From a bacterium HR10 (lineage in GTDB: Bacteria; Acidobacteriota; Blastocatellia; HR10): DNA of 64,000 nucleotides. The stretch's first letter is position 1. Each line of letters begins with the position of its first letter. Shown here in pieces: positions 7,455 to 16,907 of the stretch. The notes below the pieces were generated by a model, which did no database searches, was not told the origin of the DNA, and was given only the letters and a program-made list of their open reading frames with translations. The stretch covers positions 34,029 to 98,028 of the forward strand of contig BEHM01000003.1 of the NCBI GenBank assembly GCA_002923315.1, given 5' to 3'. The translations under genes were made by a program, and so were the position numbers.

Positions 7455-8657
7455 ATGCGGCGCGTGTATCTGGACAATGCGGCGACAACACGGCTCGATC
7501 CCGAGGTGCTGGAGGCCATGCTCCCGTATCTCCGGGAGGAGTACGGCAATGCCTCGTCCATTCACACCTTCGGGCAGCGAGCGCGCGCGGCCGTCGAGGA
7601 GGCGCGCGTGCGCGTGGCCGAGTTGATCGGTGCCGATCCCTCGGAGATCATCTTCACCAGTGGGGGGACAGAGTCGGACAATCTCGCCCTCAAGGGGATC
7701 GCTGAAGCGCATGGGCAACGGGGGCGGCATCTCATCACCTCGCAGATCGAACATCCGGCCGTGCTCGAGAGCTGTCGGGCCTTGGAGCGGCGCGGCTTCG
7801 AGGTGACCTATCTGCCCGTCTCTCCGGACGGGCTCGTGCGCGTTGAGGATGTTCACGCCGCGCTTCGCCCCGACACGATCCTGATCAGCATCATGCTCGC
7901 CAATAATGAGATCGGCACGATCCAACCCATTCGCGAGATCGCCGAGCTCGTCCGGCGCGTGCGCGCCGAGCGCGGTCAGCCCTATCCGTATCTCCACACT
8001 GATGCTGTGCAGGCCGTGGGAAAGATGCCCGTGCACGTGGATGAGCTGGGGGTGGATCTGTTGACCTTCTCCGCGCACAAGATTCATGGCCCGAAAGGCG
8101 CCGGGGCCCTCTATCTGCGGCGCGGGGTGCGGCTGGTGCGCCAGATGGACGGCGGCCATCATGAGCGGGATCGGCGCTCGGGGACGGAGAATGTGCCCGC
8201 CATCGTCGGCTTCGGACGAGCGGCTGAATTGACGCGCCAGCAACTTCCCGACCGCATCCGACACATGCGCGCACTGCGCGACATGCTGGAGCAGGGGATC
8301 GAAGAGCGCATCCCCTTCGTCCTGCGAAATGGCCACCGCGAGCAACGGGTCCCGAACATCTCCAACTTCAGCTTCCGGTTCCTCGACGGGGAGGCGCTCC
8401 TGATTCGGCTCGATCTGCGGGGCATCGCCGTCTCGACGGGCGCTGCCTGCTCCTCGGGATCGCTCGAGCCCTCGCATGTGCTTCTGGCGCTCGGGCGTCC
8501 GCGCGATCTCGTGCAAGGGAGTCTGCGGTTCTCCCTGAGCAAGGACACGACGCGCGAGGAGATCGCTTATGTGCTTGAGGTCCTCCCAGAGGAAGTGGAG
8601 CGGTTGCGCGCGATGTCCCCGCAGTACTTGGAACGCCTGGCGGCGCGAGACCCCTGA
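7455..8657 (+). CDS. iscS: Cysteine desulfurase (IscS/NifS, group I)
   Basis: YLDNAATT, FTSGGTESDN, HTDAVQ, SAHKIHGPKG (PLP Lys), STGAACSS (catalytic Cys). Confidence 0.95.
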   Translation: MRRVYLDNAATTRLDPEVLEAMLPYLREEYGNASSIHTFGQRARAAVEEARVRVAELIGADPSEIIFTSGGTESDNLALKGIAEAHGQRGRHLITSQIEHPAVLESCRALERRGFEVTYLPVSPDGLVRVEDVHAALRPDTILISIMLANNEIGTIQPIREIAELVRRVRAERGQPYPYLHTDAVQAVGKMPVHVDELGVDLLTFSAHKIHGPKGAGALYLRRGVRLVRQMDGGHHERDRRSGTENVPAIVGFGRAAELTRQQLPDRIRHMRALRDMLEQGIEERIPFVLRNGHREQRVPNISNFSFRFLDGEALLIRLDLRGIAVSTGAACSSGSLEPSHVLLALGRPRDLVQGSLRFSLSKDTTREEIAYVLEVLPEEVERLRAMSPQYLERLAARDP

Positions 8658-8675
8658 CGCGCGCGGCTCCTTCGG

Positions 8676-9212
8676 CTAATGGGCGTGGACGATCCGCACC
8701 GGCAGAGCGCCGGAAAATGGCGTCTCGGCCACGAGCACCCCTCGCAGGGTATACCGTCCGGCAGGCAGGATCCCCCGGTCCGAACCCGGCAGCGCGAACG
8801 TCGCTTCGTAGATGAGCGAATCTCCAGGTCGCACGATCTCACGGCCGAGCACGGGAAGGAAGATCTTGCCTTCGGACCACCGAAAGACGACCTCCCCGCG
8901 CTCGTCCTCCAGAAGGACATCGAACCGTTGCGAGCTCGGGAAATCGAGTGCGAGCGCTTCGGCCGACTCGTTCGTGAGTCGGATGCGCACGCGCACAGTG
9001 GGTCCGGGGACAACGGGAGGGCGCGGAGGCATGAGGTTGTAGACGTACTCCAGCCGATCCGCGCTCACCTCGAAAGCGATGCGATCCGGCCGTGCCGCGC
9101 GCTTCGTATCCGCGAGTGGGAGCACGATCATGAGAGACAGCCCGATGAGAATTCCCACCCGAAGCGGAGTGCTTTGTGCGGTTCGGAATAGCGAGCCCAG
9201 CATATCGCCCAT
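8676..9212 (-). CDS. Exported or membrane-anchored BsuPI-like (proteinase inhibitor) domain protein
   Basis: N-terminal hydrophobic segment; LTNES..FPSSQRFD..VFRWSEGKIF..PG pattern typical of BsuPI domains. Confidence 0.7.
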   Translation of the reverse strand: MGDMLGSLFRTAQSTPLRVGILIGLSLMIVLPLADTKRAARPDRIAFEVSADRLEYVYNLMPPRPPVVPGPTVRVRIRLTNESAEALALDFPSSQRFDVLLEDERGEVVFRWSEGKIFLPVLGREIVRPGDSLIYEATFALPGSDRGILPAGRYTLRGVLVAETPFSGALPVRIVHAH

Positions 9213-9815
9213 CTAGGTCAACCTCCATTCCCGCAGGATCACACGGCAGGTGCAAAAGCGCCCGAGTTGACAGAGGGCGAGGCGATCGGCCGTGAAGGAG
9301 AAGGGAGCGATTGGCTCGGTCACCACGCCCTTGCCCAGGGTGATATGTGGGAAGTAGTGCGCGCCGGAGGCTCGCGCGCGGTAGTTTCGGACCCATTCGA
9401 CGTCGCGCGGTCGAGGCGGTTCGTCGCCATCGGCGAAGGCTTCAGGAGGTCCATCCCCCTCGTCAAAGGGCGCGAGCGCGTCCATGAGGCGCTCATGCAG
9501 CCGTTGCAACTCCGGATGCGGTGCGATGACAAACTGCACGGTCTCGCCACGAACTTCGATCCCGGAGACCGTGAGCGTCATCGGGGAGAACGCTTCAAGC
9601 TGCGACTCCACGGCCGCGAAGATCTCGGGCAAGCGCGAGCGTCGGACGAACTGCTGAAGGAGCGTGATGTGCGGCCAGTGCGTCTGGTCGAAGCGAAACC
9701 CTCCCTGGCCCTGCGCCCACAGCCTCGCGTTCACGGCCTCGGCCCGCTTCTGAACGTCCTCCGGCAGCAGAAACGCGACGTCTATGGCAAGGAGCGATGC
9801 CTCCATAGCTCTCAC
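9213..9815 (-). CDS. 2H phosphoesterase (2'-5' RNA ligase superfamily)
   Basis: Two HxT motifs (PHITLL, PHITLG). Confidence 0.8.
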   Translation of the reverse strand: MRAMEASLLAIDVAFLLPEDVQKRAEAVNARLWAQGQGGFRFDQTHWPHITLLQQFVRRSRLPEIFAAVESQLEAFSPMTLTVSGIEVRGETVQFVIAPHPELQRLHERLMDALAPFDEGDGPPEAFADGDEPPRPRDVEWVRNYRARASGAHYFPHITLGKGVVTEPIAPFSFTADRLALCQLGRFCTCRVILREWRLT

Positions 9816-9868
9816 GGGGAGTCTAGCCGATCCTCAGGGTGAAGGGAAGCTCAGTCCGAGGAAGAAGG

Positions 9869-9956
9869 TGGTGGGGATGAGAGGACTCGAACCTCCACGG
9901 ACGTAACGTCCACAGCGTCCTGAGCGCTGCGCGTCTGCCAGTTCCGCCACATCCCC
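9869..9956 (-). tRNA. tRNA-Leu (anticodon CAG), CCA encoded
   Basis: GGGGATG/CATCCCC acceptor stem, CAGCG-CTCAGGA-CGCTG anticodon arm, long variable arm, GTTCGAGT T-loop, ACCA end. Confidence 0.97.
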
Positions 9957-9975
9957 ACCGCCGTCACCGGTGTAT

Positions 9976-10005
9976 ATCCTAGTGAGGATGCCCGCCGGGC
10001 GTCAA
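9976..10005 (-). promoter_or_regulatory. sigma70 promoter of tRNA-Leu
   Basis: TTGACG-N18-TAGGAT. Confidence 0.65.
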
Positions 10006-10019
10006 GCCGGGCGGTGACT

Positions 10020-10054
10020 CCCCTGCGGGCGGCCTCGCCGCTCGCCCGCAGGGG
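10020..10054 (-). terminator. GC-rich hairpin downstream of the TonB-dependent receptor
   Basis: Perfect 12-bp inverted repeat CCCCTGCGGGCG/CGCCCGCAGGGG; no U-tract. Confidence 0.5.
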
Positions 10055-10067
10055 CCGGGCCAGCACC

Positions 10068-13000
10068 TCACCAGTTGATCCGCGCGCCGAATTGCACGAT
10101 CCGAGGATCGTACGCGCCGTTGTGGCCGCTGATGCGCCCGAAGTTCGTGCTGTTGATGTTGGTCGTCGGAGCGCCGAAGCTCACGGCGTTGAAGAGGTTG
10201 AAGAACTCGGATCGGAACTCGAAAGTCACCGCCTCAGTGATGCGCACGCGCTTGAGCAGATTGAAGTCGAAGCGCCAGTATCCGGGCGTGCTCAGGACAC
10301 CGAAGCCGAGTGAGCCCAGCCGCCCAGGCTGCGGATTGGCGAAGATGCTCGACGCGGCGCGCCCATCGGGCCCGATCAACGAGGGATCGAAGTAGAAGAC
10401 GCCGGAGCCCGTCTTGCGCACGCTCACGAGCTTCTTCAGATCCTCCACCGTCATCCCGACGAGGTCTACGGTATTGTTGCCCGAACGGCCCACGCGGTTG
10501 ATCGTCCCGCGCCCGGAGACGATCGAGAGCGGCTGCCCCGTGTAAGCAATGAAGATGCCGCTCATCTGCCATCCGCCGAAGAGCTTGTCCACCCAGCCGC
10601 TCGTGTTCAGGAAACGCTTGCCCGAACCGAACGGCAGCTCGTAAATGAAGTAGGCGTTGAACCGGTGCCGCGTGTCAAAGCCCGCGCGCCGGTACTCGTA
10701 TCGCGGATGGCGCAGGCTGATGAACGCCGAGAAGTTGGAGCCGGAGCCCTCGAAATCCGTGAGCGCCTTGCCGAAGGTGTAGTTCGCATTGAACTGCAGG
10801 CCCGCGGAGAAGCGCCGACGCACCTCCACCTGGAGCGAATGGTAGTTGGACGAGGAACCGTTGGTGATCACGTCGGAGAAGAACGCCTCGGGATTGACCA
10901 CGAAGAAGTTGATCGGCAGATTGCCGCGCGGACCGGTCAGCGCGTTGAGGAAGTTCAGGAAGAGCTGACTGGCCAGCTCTCCGGCCTCGTTCTGATCCAA
11001 GCGGAGGATGAAGGTCGAGTTGCCGAAGCCCGAGGAGAGCGGCAGTCCAGCAAACAGCGTCTCGAAGATCGGCAGCGGCACTTGACCCGGCAGGCCTTGG
11101 TTATCAAAGCGCGCGCCGCGGCCCTGCGCCCGGCTGATCGCCAGATTCCGCTGCGCGTTGAGGAACTCCTGCAGGAAGCCGTTCTCGAAGATGTTCGTCT
11201 CATTGAGATCAATACCGCGCCAGAGCTTCACCCCGCGATTGCCCACGTAACTGATCTCCAGCGCGAGATTGGGCATGAGTTCGCGTCCGTAGCTGAGCGA
11301 CCAGGTCTGCACGTAGGGCGTGCGCAGGTTCTCGGCGAAGCCGAAGATTCCGCTGCCCCGGTTCTCGCGGAAGTTCTCCAATTGCGGGATCGGCACGCGG
11401 AAGACCGGAACAGCCGGCTTCGGCCATCCGTTGCGCAGCGACGTGAAGTTCGCGCCACCCTGGATTCCCTGAGCCGCCGTCGTGAGCGAGATCGTCTTGG
11501 TGAACCCCAGGTTATTGCCCAGGGCATTGGTGATCACGCTCACGCTCTCGAGGGAATACGCGATCGAGTAGCCACCGCGGATGACGCCCTTGCCCGGTCC
11601 GCCGAAGAAGACGCGCGTGAACCAGTTCCGTCGCTCCGGCGACCAGGCGAAGCCGAAGCTGGGAGCGAAGTTGTTCAGGTCCTCATTGTAGAACTTCCGT
11701 CCATTGGAGGAGCCGGCCAGGTCGAGCGTCACCGGCGAGCCGGTCATCACCCCGGGGCGGAAGAGGTTGCCCTTACCGGAGATGCCAAAATATGCGGCCT
11801 CGCCGCCCACGGGCTGAAGCGCCAGCCGGTTTAGTTGATCGGGCACCGTCATGTATTCGTACCGAACTCCATAGTTGAGCGTCAGGTTCGGCCGCGCGCG
11901 CCAGGAGTCGGAGAAGTAGAAGCCCCAATACCGCTGTCGGATCCGGTGGCGGAAGAATTCGCCCTCGACAAAACCCGACTGCGGATCCTTCACATTGAAG
12001 GTCTGCGAGACGCCCGCGATCTGACCGATCAGGATCGCGTAGACATTCTGTGCCAGAGATCGGGTCGCGCTCGTGCTGGAAGGGAAGGCCGCCGTCGGCA
12101 GGGGCGAGGGATTCGCCGCATTGACGCCGATGGTGAGCGTCGGGATCGTTCCGGTCGTGTTCGCCGTCTGGTTGCCGACGATGGAGCGGAAGTCACCGCC
12201 GAAGCGGAGCGTGTGCCGGCCGCGAATCCAGGCGAAGTTGTCGAGCCACTGGAAGTTCGAGGTATTCCGACCACTGGTGATCCCAATCAGATGCGGGTCG
12301 GTGATGGTGGGAAAGTCCACCCAGTAGAACTTCCCGGCCAGCTCGAAGGCATCGAATTCCCGCCCGAAGATGACCGGAGCCCGCTGGAACCCGAATCGCG
12401 CCTCGTTCACCTTATTGGGGCCAAAGGTCGAGCGGACGGCGAACGATCCGGTCGAACGCCACGAATCCTGAAATCCTCCTTTCATGCCGGGGAACATAGG
12501 CTCGAAGCCATTGAGGGTGTCATTGTCTGTATCAAAGCGAACAAGGTGATAGATCGCTTCCGCCGTGTGCGTGTTGTTGATCCGCCAGTCCACGCGCCAA
12601 CTCGGTCGAATGACGCGGCTGAACGTGGGGACGTTCCACCGGAATCCCCCCGTGACCAATCCGTCGCCGATCTGGAAGTTGTTCGGCAGCGGATACCGCT
12701 CGTTGATGATCCGCATGATGAACGGATCCGGCCCAATCCCCCCAGCCTGGAAGAGATCCACCGTTCGGATCTGCCCGCTCGTATCGCGATATCGGAAGAT
12801 CCCTCGGCGTGCCTCCTCCGTCAGCACCGTCCGATTGCGCGTGACTTCGCTCGCCGTGGTCGTGATATCGAGTGAGGTGAACATGAAGATCTTGTTCTTC
12901 ACAATGGGGAAGCTCGCCCGTCCACCGAACTGATTGCGAATGAGCTTCTCGCGCGGCGTGCCCGTCAAGTTGTTGAAGAACGAGTTCGCATTCAGGACCG

Positions 13001-13769
13001 TGTTCCGATGGAATTCGAAGAGGCTGCCGTGAAATTCATTGCTGCCGCTCGGCGTCACCAAACGGATGAAGACGGCCCCACTGCCGGTGGCCGACGCATC
13101 CGCTGTGCTCGTCGTGATGCTGAACTGCTCGACGTTCTCCACCGTCGGCGAGGAGATGATGAAGAATCCATCGCCCGAACGGAGGAAGTTGTCCTGCACG
13201 TTGATCCCATCCTGCGTGATGTTGATGACCGATTGGCGCAAGCCGTTGATTCGCGACGCGCGCTCGCCTCCAGATGTCGTGACCCCCGCCGAGAGCGTCG
13301 CCAGCGTGATCGGATTGCGCGCGACCAGTGGCATGTCCAGGATCGGACGCCGACTGATGACGGTCGTCAGCTCCTGACTGGTCTTGCTGATGACCTCCTC
13401 GCCGGTGGACGTGACCGTGACTTCTTCCACAACTCCCCCAACCTCCAGTCTCACGTTCACCGAAGCGTAGACGGCCACATCCACGCGGATGTTCTCGCGC
13501 ACGAACTTCTTGAATCCCGGAGCTTCAGCCGTCAGCGTGTACGTGCCGACCGGAAGAACGGGGAAGATGAACACGCCTTGAGCGTCGGTCTGCGTCGTCC
13601 ATTTGGCATTGGTGGCGGTATTCACCACCTCGACCTTCACCCCCGGCAGGTACGCCCCCTGCGGGTCTTGAACGGTCCCATCCAGTCGTCCTGTATTGGC
13701 CTGTCCCCAGATGGTGGGGAAGAGCCCGAAGACCAGAAGGAGTGAGCTCACCACGATTCGTCTCAACAT
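10068..13769 (-). CDS. TonB-dependent receptor-like outer-membrane protein (carboxypeptidase-regulatory-like N domain, Oar/Acidobacteria type)
   Basis: Signal peptide, GTVQDPQGA..PVGTY, SGSNEFHGSLFEFHRN..LNANSFFNN, C-terminal PRIVQFGARINW. Confidence 0.92.
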   Translation of the reverse strand: MLRRIVVSSLLLVFGLFPTIWGQANTGRLDGTVQDPQGAYLPGVKVEVVNTATNAKWTTQTDAQGVFIFPVLPVGTYTLTAEAPGFKKFVRENIRVDVAVYASVNVRLEVGGVVEEVTVTSTGEEVISKTSQELTTVISRRPILDMPLVARNPITLATLSAGVTTSGGERASRINGLRQSVINITQDGINVQDNFLRSGDGFFIISSPTVENVEQFSITTSTADASATGSGAVFIRLVTPSGSNEFHGSLFEFHRNTVLNANSFFNNLTGTPREKLIRNQFGGRASFPIVKNKIFMFTSLDITTTASEVTRNRTVLTEEARRGIFRYRDTSGQIRTVDLFQAGGIGPDPFIMRIINERYPLPNNFQIGDGLVTGGFRWNVPTFSRVIRPSWRVDWRINNTHTAEAIYHLVRFDTDNDTLNGFEPMFPGMKGGFQDSWRSTGSFAVRSTFGPNKVNEARFGFQRAPVIFGREFDAFELAGKFYWVDFPTITDPHLIGITSGRNTSNFQWLDNFAWIRGRHTLRFGGDFRSIVGNQTANTTGTIPTLTIGVNAANPSPLPTAAFPSSTSATRSLAQNVYAILIGQIAGVSQTFNVKDPQSGFVEGEFFRHRIRQRYWGFYFSDSWRARPNLTLNYGVRYEYMTVPDQLNRLALQPVGGEAAYFGISGKGNLFRPGVMTGSPVTLDLAGSSNGRKFYNEDLNNFAPSFGFAWSPERRNWFTRVFFGGPGKGVIRGGYSIAYSLESVSVITNALGNNLGFTKTISLTTAAQGIQGGANFTSLRNGWPKPAVPVFRVPIPQLENFRENRGSGIFGFAENLRTPYVQTWSLSYGRELMPNLALEISYVGNRGVKLWRGIDLNETNIFENGFLQEFLNAQRNLAISRAQGRGARFDNQGLPGQVPLPIFETLFAGLPLSSGFGNSTFILRLDQNEAGELASQLFLNFLNALTGPRGNLPINFFVVNPEAFFSDVITNGSSSNYHSLQVEVRRRFSAGLQFNANYTFGKALTDFEGSGSNFSAFISLRHPRYEYRRAGFDTRHRFNAYFIYELPFGSGKRFLNTSGWVDKLFGGWQMSGIFIAYTGQPLSIVSGRGTINRVGRSGNNTVDLVGMTVEDLKKLVSVRKTGSGVFYFDPSLIGPDGRAASSIFANPQPGRLGSLGFGVLSTPGYWRFDFNLLKRVRITEAVTFEFRSEFFNLFNAVSFGAPTTNINSTNFGRISGHNGAYDPRIVQFGARINW

Positions 13770-13822
13770 ACCCTAAGCCCCCCTTAGCTCAGTTTTCACT
13801 GCTCTTTTCGGCTTCTTGGTTT

Positions 13823-13838
13823 AGCAAGTATCGTGCCA
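13823..13838 (-). promoter_or_regulatory. sigma54 -24/-12 promoter of the receptor gene
   Basis: TGGCACGATACTTGCT, matching the consensus TGGCACG-N4-TTGCW. Confidence 0.88.
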
Positions 13839-13867
13839 AGGCTCTCCGTGAAGCTTCAGCTTCGAAA

Positions 13868-13880
13868 AATCAATGACTTA
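13868..13880 (+). promoter_or_regulatory. IHF-type binding site
   Basis: AATCAATGACTTA matches WATCAANNNNTTR and lies between the sigma54 promoter and the enhancer. Confidence 0.7.
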
Positions 13881-13903
13881 GCAAGGGACTCGTCTCTCGA
13901 GGC

Positions 13904-13940
13904 TTCCAAATTTTCGGAAAAATCTTCCAGAAATTTGGAA
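13904..13940. promoter_or_regulatory. Tandem enhancer (UAS), TTCC-N8-GGAA x2, 21-bp period
   Basis: TTCCAAATTTTCGGAA (13904) and TTCCAGAAATTTGGAA (13925). Confidence 0.75.
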
Positions 13941-13972
13941 ACTTCCGAAGATGTGAAGCTCAGCGCGAGGGC

Positions 13973-16879
13973 CTAGGGGCTCAGCGTGCACCAGTGGACG
14001 CGCTGGGCGAAGAGGTCGGGGTATTGGGTCTTGAGCCATTCGTGTCGCTTCTGGTGGCAACTGGTGATGATGATCTGGTGCTCGCGCGAGAGCTCGCCGA
14101 GCAGAAGGCGCATGAGTCGCGCGAAGCGCGCATCATCGGAGTTGGCGAAGGGTTCGTCGAGGATGAGCGGCAGACGACGATCGCGCGAGAGATAGCGGCT
14201 GACAGCGAGGCGCGCGATCAGGCTGAGTTGCTCGCGCGTGCCGAGCGAGAGCTGCGAGCGGAGCTGATTCGTCTGCAGGATGTCGTCCCGCTCCTTCAAG
14301 GCGACGCGCAGCCGCAGCTCCCGATCGAATTGGAGGGCCGCGTAATCGGTCTGGAGGGTGCGAAGCAATTCGCGGGAGATGTCCGTGAGGGCTTCGGCCC
14401 ACTGGTCGTGAATCTCCCGCGCAATCCGCTCGAAGATATCGAGCGCGCGCTCGACAGCCTGTTTGAAGTTTTGGACGCGCTCCAGATGCTGCTTCAATTC
14501 CTGCTCCTGCTCGAGCAGCTCGGGACGCTGTTTCTCAAGGCGATCGAACGTGGCAGCGATTTGCGTTCGGAGCTGGGTCAACTCTTCACGCCGGGCGCGC
14601 TCGTGTGCGCTCCAGTGTTCGGCTTCGCTCGCATACTCCTCGGGGGAGCGTTCGGGCATATGGGCGGCGAGCCCAGGATCCTTGGCTTCCCGCCTGCTGA
14701 GGCTCTCGCGCACGCGCGTGCGCTGTTCAAGGAGGACAGAAAGCTCGGGAAGCGTCATCAGGTCTCGTTCCACTTGTTCGAGCTTTTGCTTCACGCGTTG
14801 TAGGGCGTCGTAGCGCTTGACACCCTCCCGAAAGCGCGCGACCGCCGCTTCTATGTCCTCCAGCGAGGGGGTCGTCTCCGTGGGATCAACGGCGTGGGCC
14901 TCCCGAAGCAGGGCGAGGATGCGCTCGCGGTAGTCCTGCTCCTCTCGGAGCGTGGCCTCTCGGTCGGCCTCCTCTTGGGCCAGCCTTTCCTCAAGCTGCG
15001 CCCGCTCGTGCCTGAGCTCGAACACGCGATCGAGATCTCGGATCAAGCGTTCGATCTCCTCCTGAATCGGTTCGTCGCCCGGGCGTCCAGCCCGGTCCAG
15101 GAACGCGCGGAGATGGCCTCGCTTCTGCTCGAGCTCGAGCTCGCGCTCGCGAAGGGTCGAGCGCTCAAGAAGCAGAGGCTGCAGTTCCGCCGTCAGGGTC
15201 TCGAGCCGCCTGCAAGCGTGCGCCAGAGACTCCAATGAGTCCAATCCCGTCCGGGCGAGAAGCGGACGCATCTGGTCCTCAAGCTGCGCGCGCTCGATGT
15301 GCAGGATCTCGATCTGCTGCTGAAGGCGATCGGCTTCCGCGTGAGCGCGCATCCATTCCTGCCGGCGGTGCGTTCTGGCGGTGCGGCGAAGGGCGAGCCA
15401 GAGACCGAGCGACAGTGCGGTCAGAAGGCCGGGCAGAACGCTCGCGTGATCGAATCCGAGAAGGAGAGCGATCGAGGTGATGATGCCCCCTATCAGCGTG
15501 AGTGCGAGCATGCGCTCTGCCCTTCGGCGCGCGCGATCGCGCTCTCGCTCGATCTCCGCGCAGAGCGCCAGATGTTCTTCCCGGCGTTCTTCCGCGAGAC
15601 GGCTCTGGCGCTGGAGATCGCTCCGGCGCGCTTCGGCTTCGAGCGCGCGCCGACGCTCTTCCAAATCGAGGGCGCCCACTCGCTCGCGCCACTGCTCGAA
15701 CTCCTCAAGGTGGATACCGCGCTCGGCGAGCCGCTGCTGCTCGGCGTGCACTTTCTGCCATCCTTCGTGGATCTTCCCGTGAAGCTCTTTGTACTGCTCG
15801 GCGAGCACGACCAGTTGCTCGCGATCTGCTGGAGTGAAGGACGCGAGCGAGCCGAATCGCTCCTCCTGCTCTCGGATCTCGGCATATCGGCGATGCGCGC
15901 GTCCGAGCTGCTCCTCGCGCGCCGCGCGCTCGCGCGTGATTCGGCGCAGAGCGCCCATCCAGCTTTCCAGGTTCGCGAGCTGCGCCGCCGGGAATGTCTC
16001 ATAAGGCGCGAGCGCCTCGTATTCCTGTCGCAGGCGATGTCGTTCCGCTTCGAGGCTCTCTCGTCGCTCGCGCGCGCGCTCCAGCCGCTCGTATTCGGCG
16101 CGTTCGCGCAAGTAGTGTGCGAGCCGCTGCCGCGCCTGCGCCTCTTCGATCTCGCGCTCCAGAGCACCGATTCGAACCAGTTGCGGTTCAATCTGGCGGC
16201 GCTCCCGATCCAACTGCTCCAACTTCTCACGAATGTCTTCCAATTTCGCCTTCACGCGCTGAAGCTCGGTGTCAATCCTCAGCGGCCCCTTCCCCGTGCG
16301 CGAGGCGGGGAATTCCTCAAGGGCTTTCCTCAAAGCCCTTATGGCATCGGCCGCCGTCCGATCCCCGGCCTCGGCATCGGCGATCTTCTGAAGCTGCACG
16401 GTGAGGTCGCTCAGATCGGGGAGCGCTTGAAGCGCCGCCTGTCGAACGAGGCACGTGTTCACGAACTGTTCGCGAGAGAGCCCGAGAAGAATCTCCCCGA
16501 CCTCCCTCCGCTGTCGGACGAATGCGTCAGTGATCTCCGTTCCCCCCTCTGAGAGGTTGAAGATCCGCGCGCGACCGCGGTGGAAATCCCTGAGGATGCG
16601 CAGGCGGGTCCAGCCGTGCCGGCCGAGGGCGCGCACCTCCAAGCTCACCTGATATGGCCCGCCATCATCAGGACGATACACTTCGCGCTCGGCGAGCGCA
16701 TCCGGCGTTGTGCGCTCGCGGGGGGGGAAGCCGTAGAGCGCCGCCACAATGGCCGCGACGATCGTGCTCTTGCCGAATTCGTTCTCCTCGATGAGGAGGT
16801 TCACCTTGTCGGGATCGAAGACGATCTCACAATTCTGCAGCTTCCCGAAGCCGACAAGATGCAGGCGTTCGATCTTCAT
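13973..16879 (-). CDS. YhaN-like SMC/SbcC-family coiled-coil ATPase with a central hydrophobic hairpin
   Basis: GFGKL, ENEFGKST Walker A, long coiled coils, LSLGTREQL signature, LILDEPF Walker B. Confidence 0.85.
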   Translation of the reverse strand: MKIERLHLVGFGKLQNCEIVFDPDKVNLLIEENEFGKSTIVAAIVAALYGFPPRERTTPDALAEREVYRPDDGGPYQVSLEVRALGRHGWTRLRILRDFHRGRARIFNLSEGGTEITDAFVRQRREVGEILLGLSREQFVNTCLVRQAALQALPDLSDLTVQLQKIADAEAGDRTAADAIRALRKALEEFPASRTGKGPLRIDTELQRVKAKLEDIREKLEQLDRERRQIEPQLVRIGALEREIEEAQARQRLAHYLRERAEYERLERARERRESLEAERHRLRQEYEALAPYETFPAAQLANLESWMGALRRITRERAAREEQLGRAHRRYAEIREQEERFGSLASFTPADREQLVVLAEQYKELHGKIHEGWQKVHAEQQRLAERGIHLEEFEQWRERVGALDLEERRRALEAEARRSDLQRQSRLAEERREEHLALCAEIERERDRARRRAERMLALTLIGGIITSIALLLGFDHASVLPGLLTALSLGLWLALRRTARTHRRQEWMRAHAEADRLQQQIEILHIERAQLEDQMRPLLARTGLDSLESLAHACRRLETLTAELQPLLLERSTLRERELELEQKRGHLRAFLDRAGRPGDEPIQEEIERLIRDLDRVFELRHERAQLEERLAQEEADREATLREEQDYRERILALLREAHAVDPTETTPSLEDIEAAVARFREGVKRYDALQRVKQKLEQVERDLMTLPELSVLLEQRTRVRESLSRREAKDPGLAAHMPERSPEEYASEAEHWSAHERARREELTQLRTQIAATFDRLEKQRPELLEQEQELKQHLERVQNFKQAVERALDIFERIAREIHDQWAEALTDISRELLRTLQTDYAALQFDRELRLRVALKERDDILQTNQLRSQLSLGTREQLSLIARLAVSRYLSRDRRLPLILDEPFANSDDARFARLMRLLLGELSREHQIIITSCHQKRHEWLKTQYPDLFAQRVHWCTLSP

Positions 16880-16907
16880 GGCTGCACTCTCTCCTGATGG
16901 GTGCGCG

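Noticed and set aside
9869-9956. tRNA as an integration site for a genomic island
   Set aside because: No integrase, no duplicated tRNA 3' end and no obvious compositional shift seen.
13904-13960. TTCC/GGAA repeats as a CRISPR or iteron array
   Set aside because: Only two full units with 5-nt gaps and no cas or rep genes; the layout fits an enhancer.
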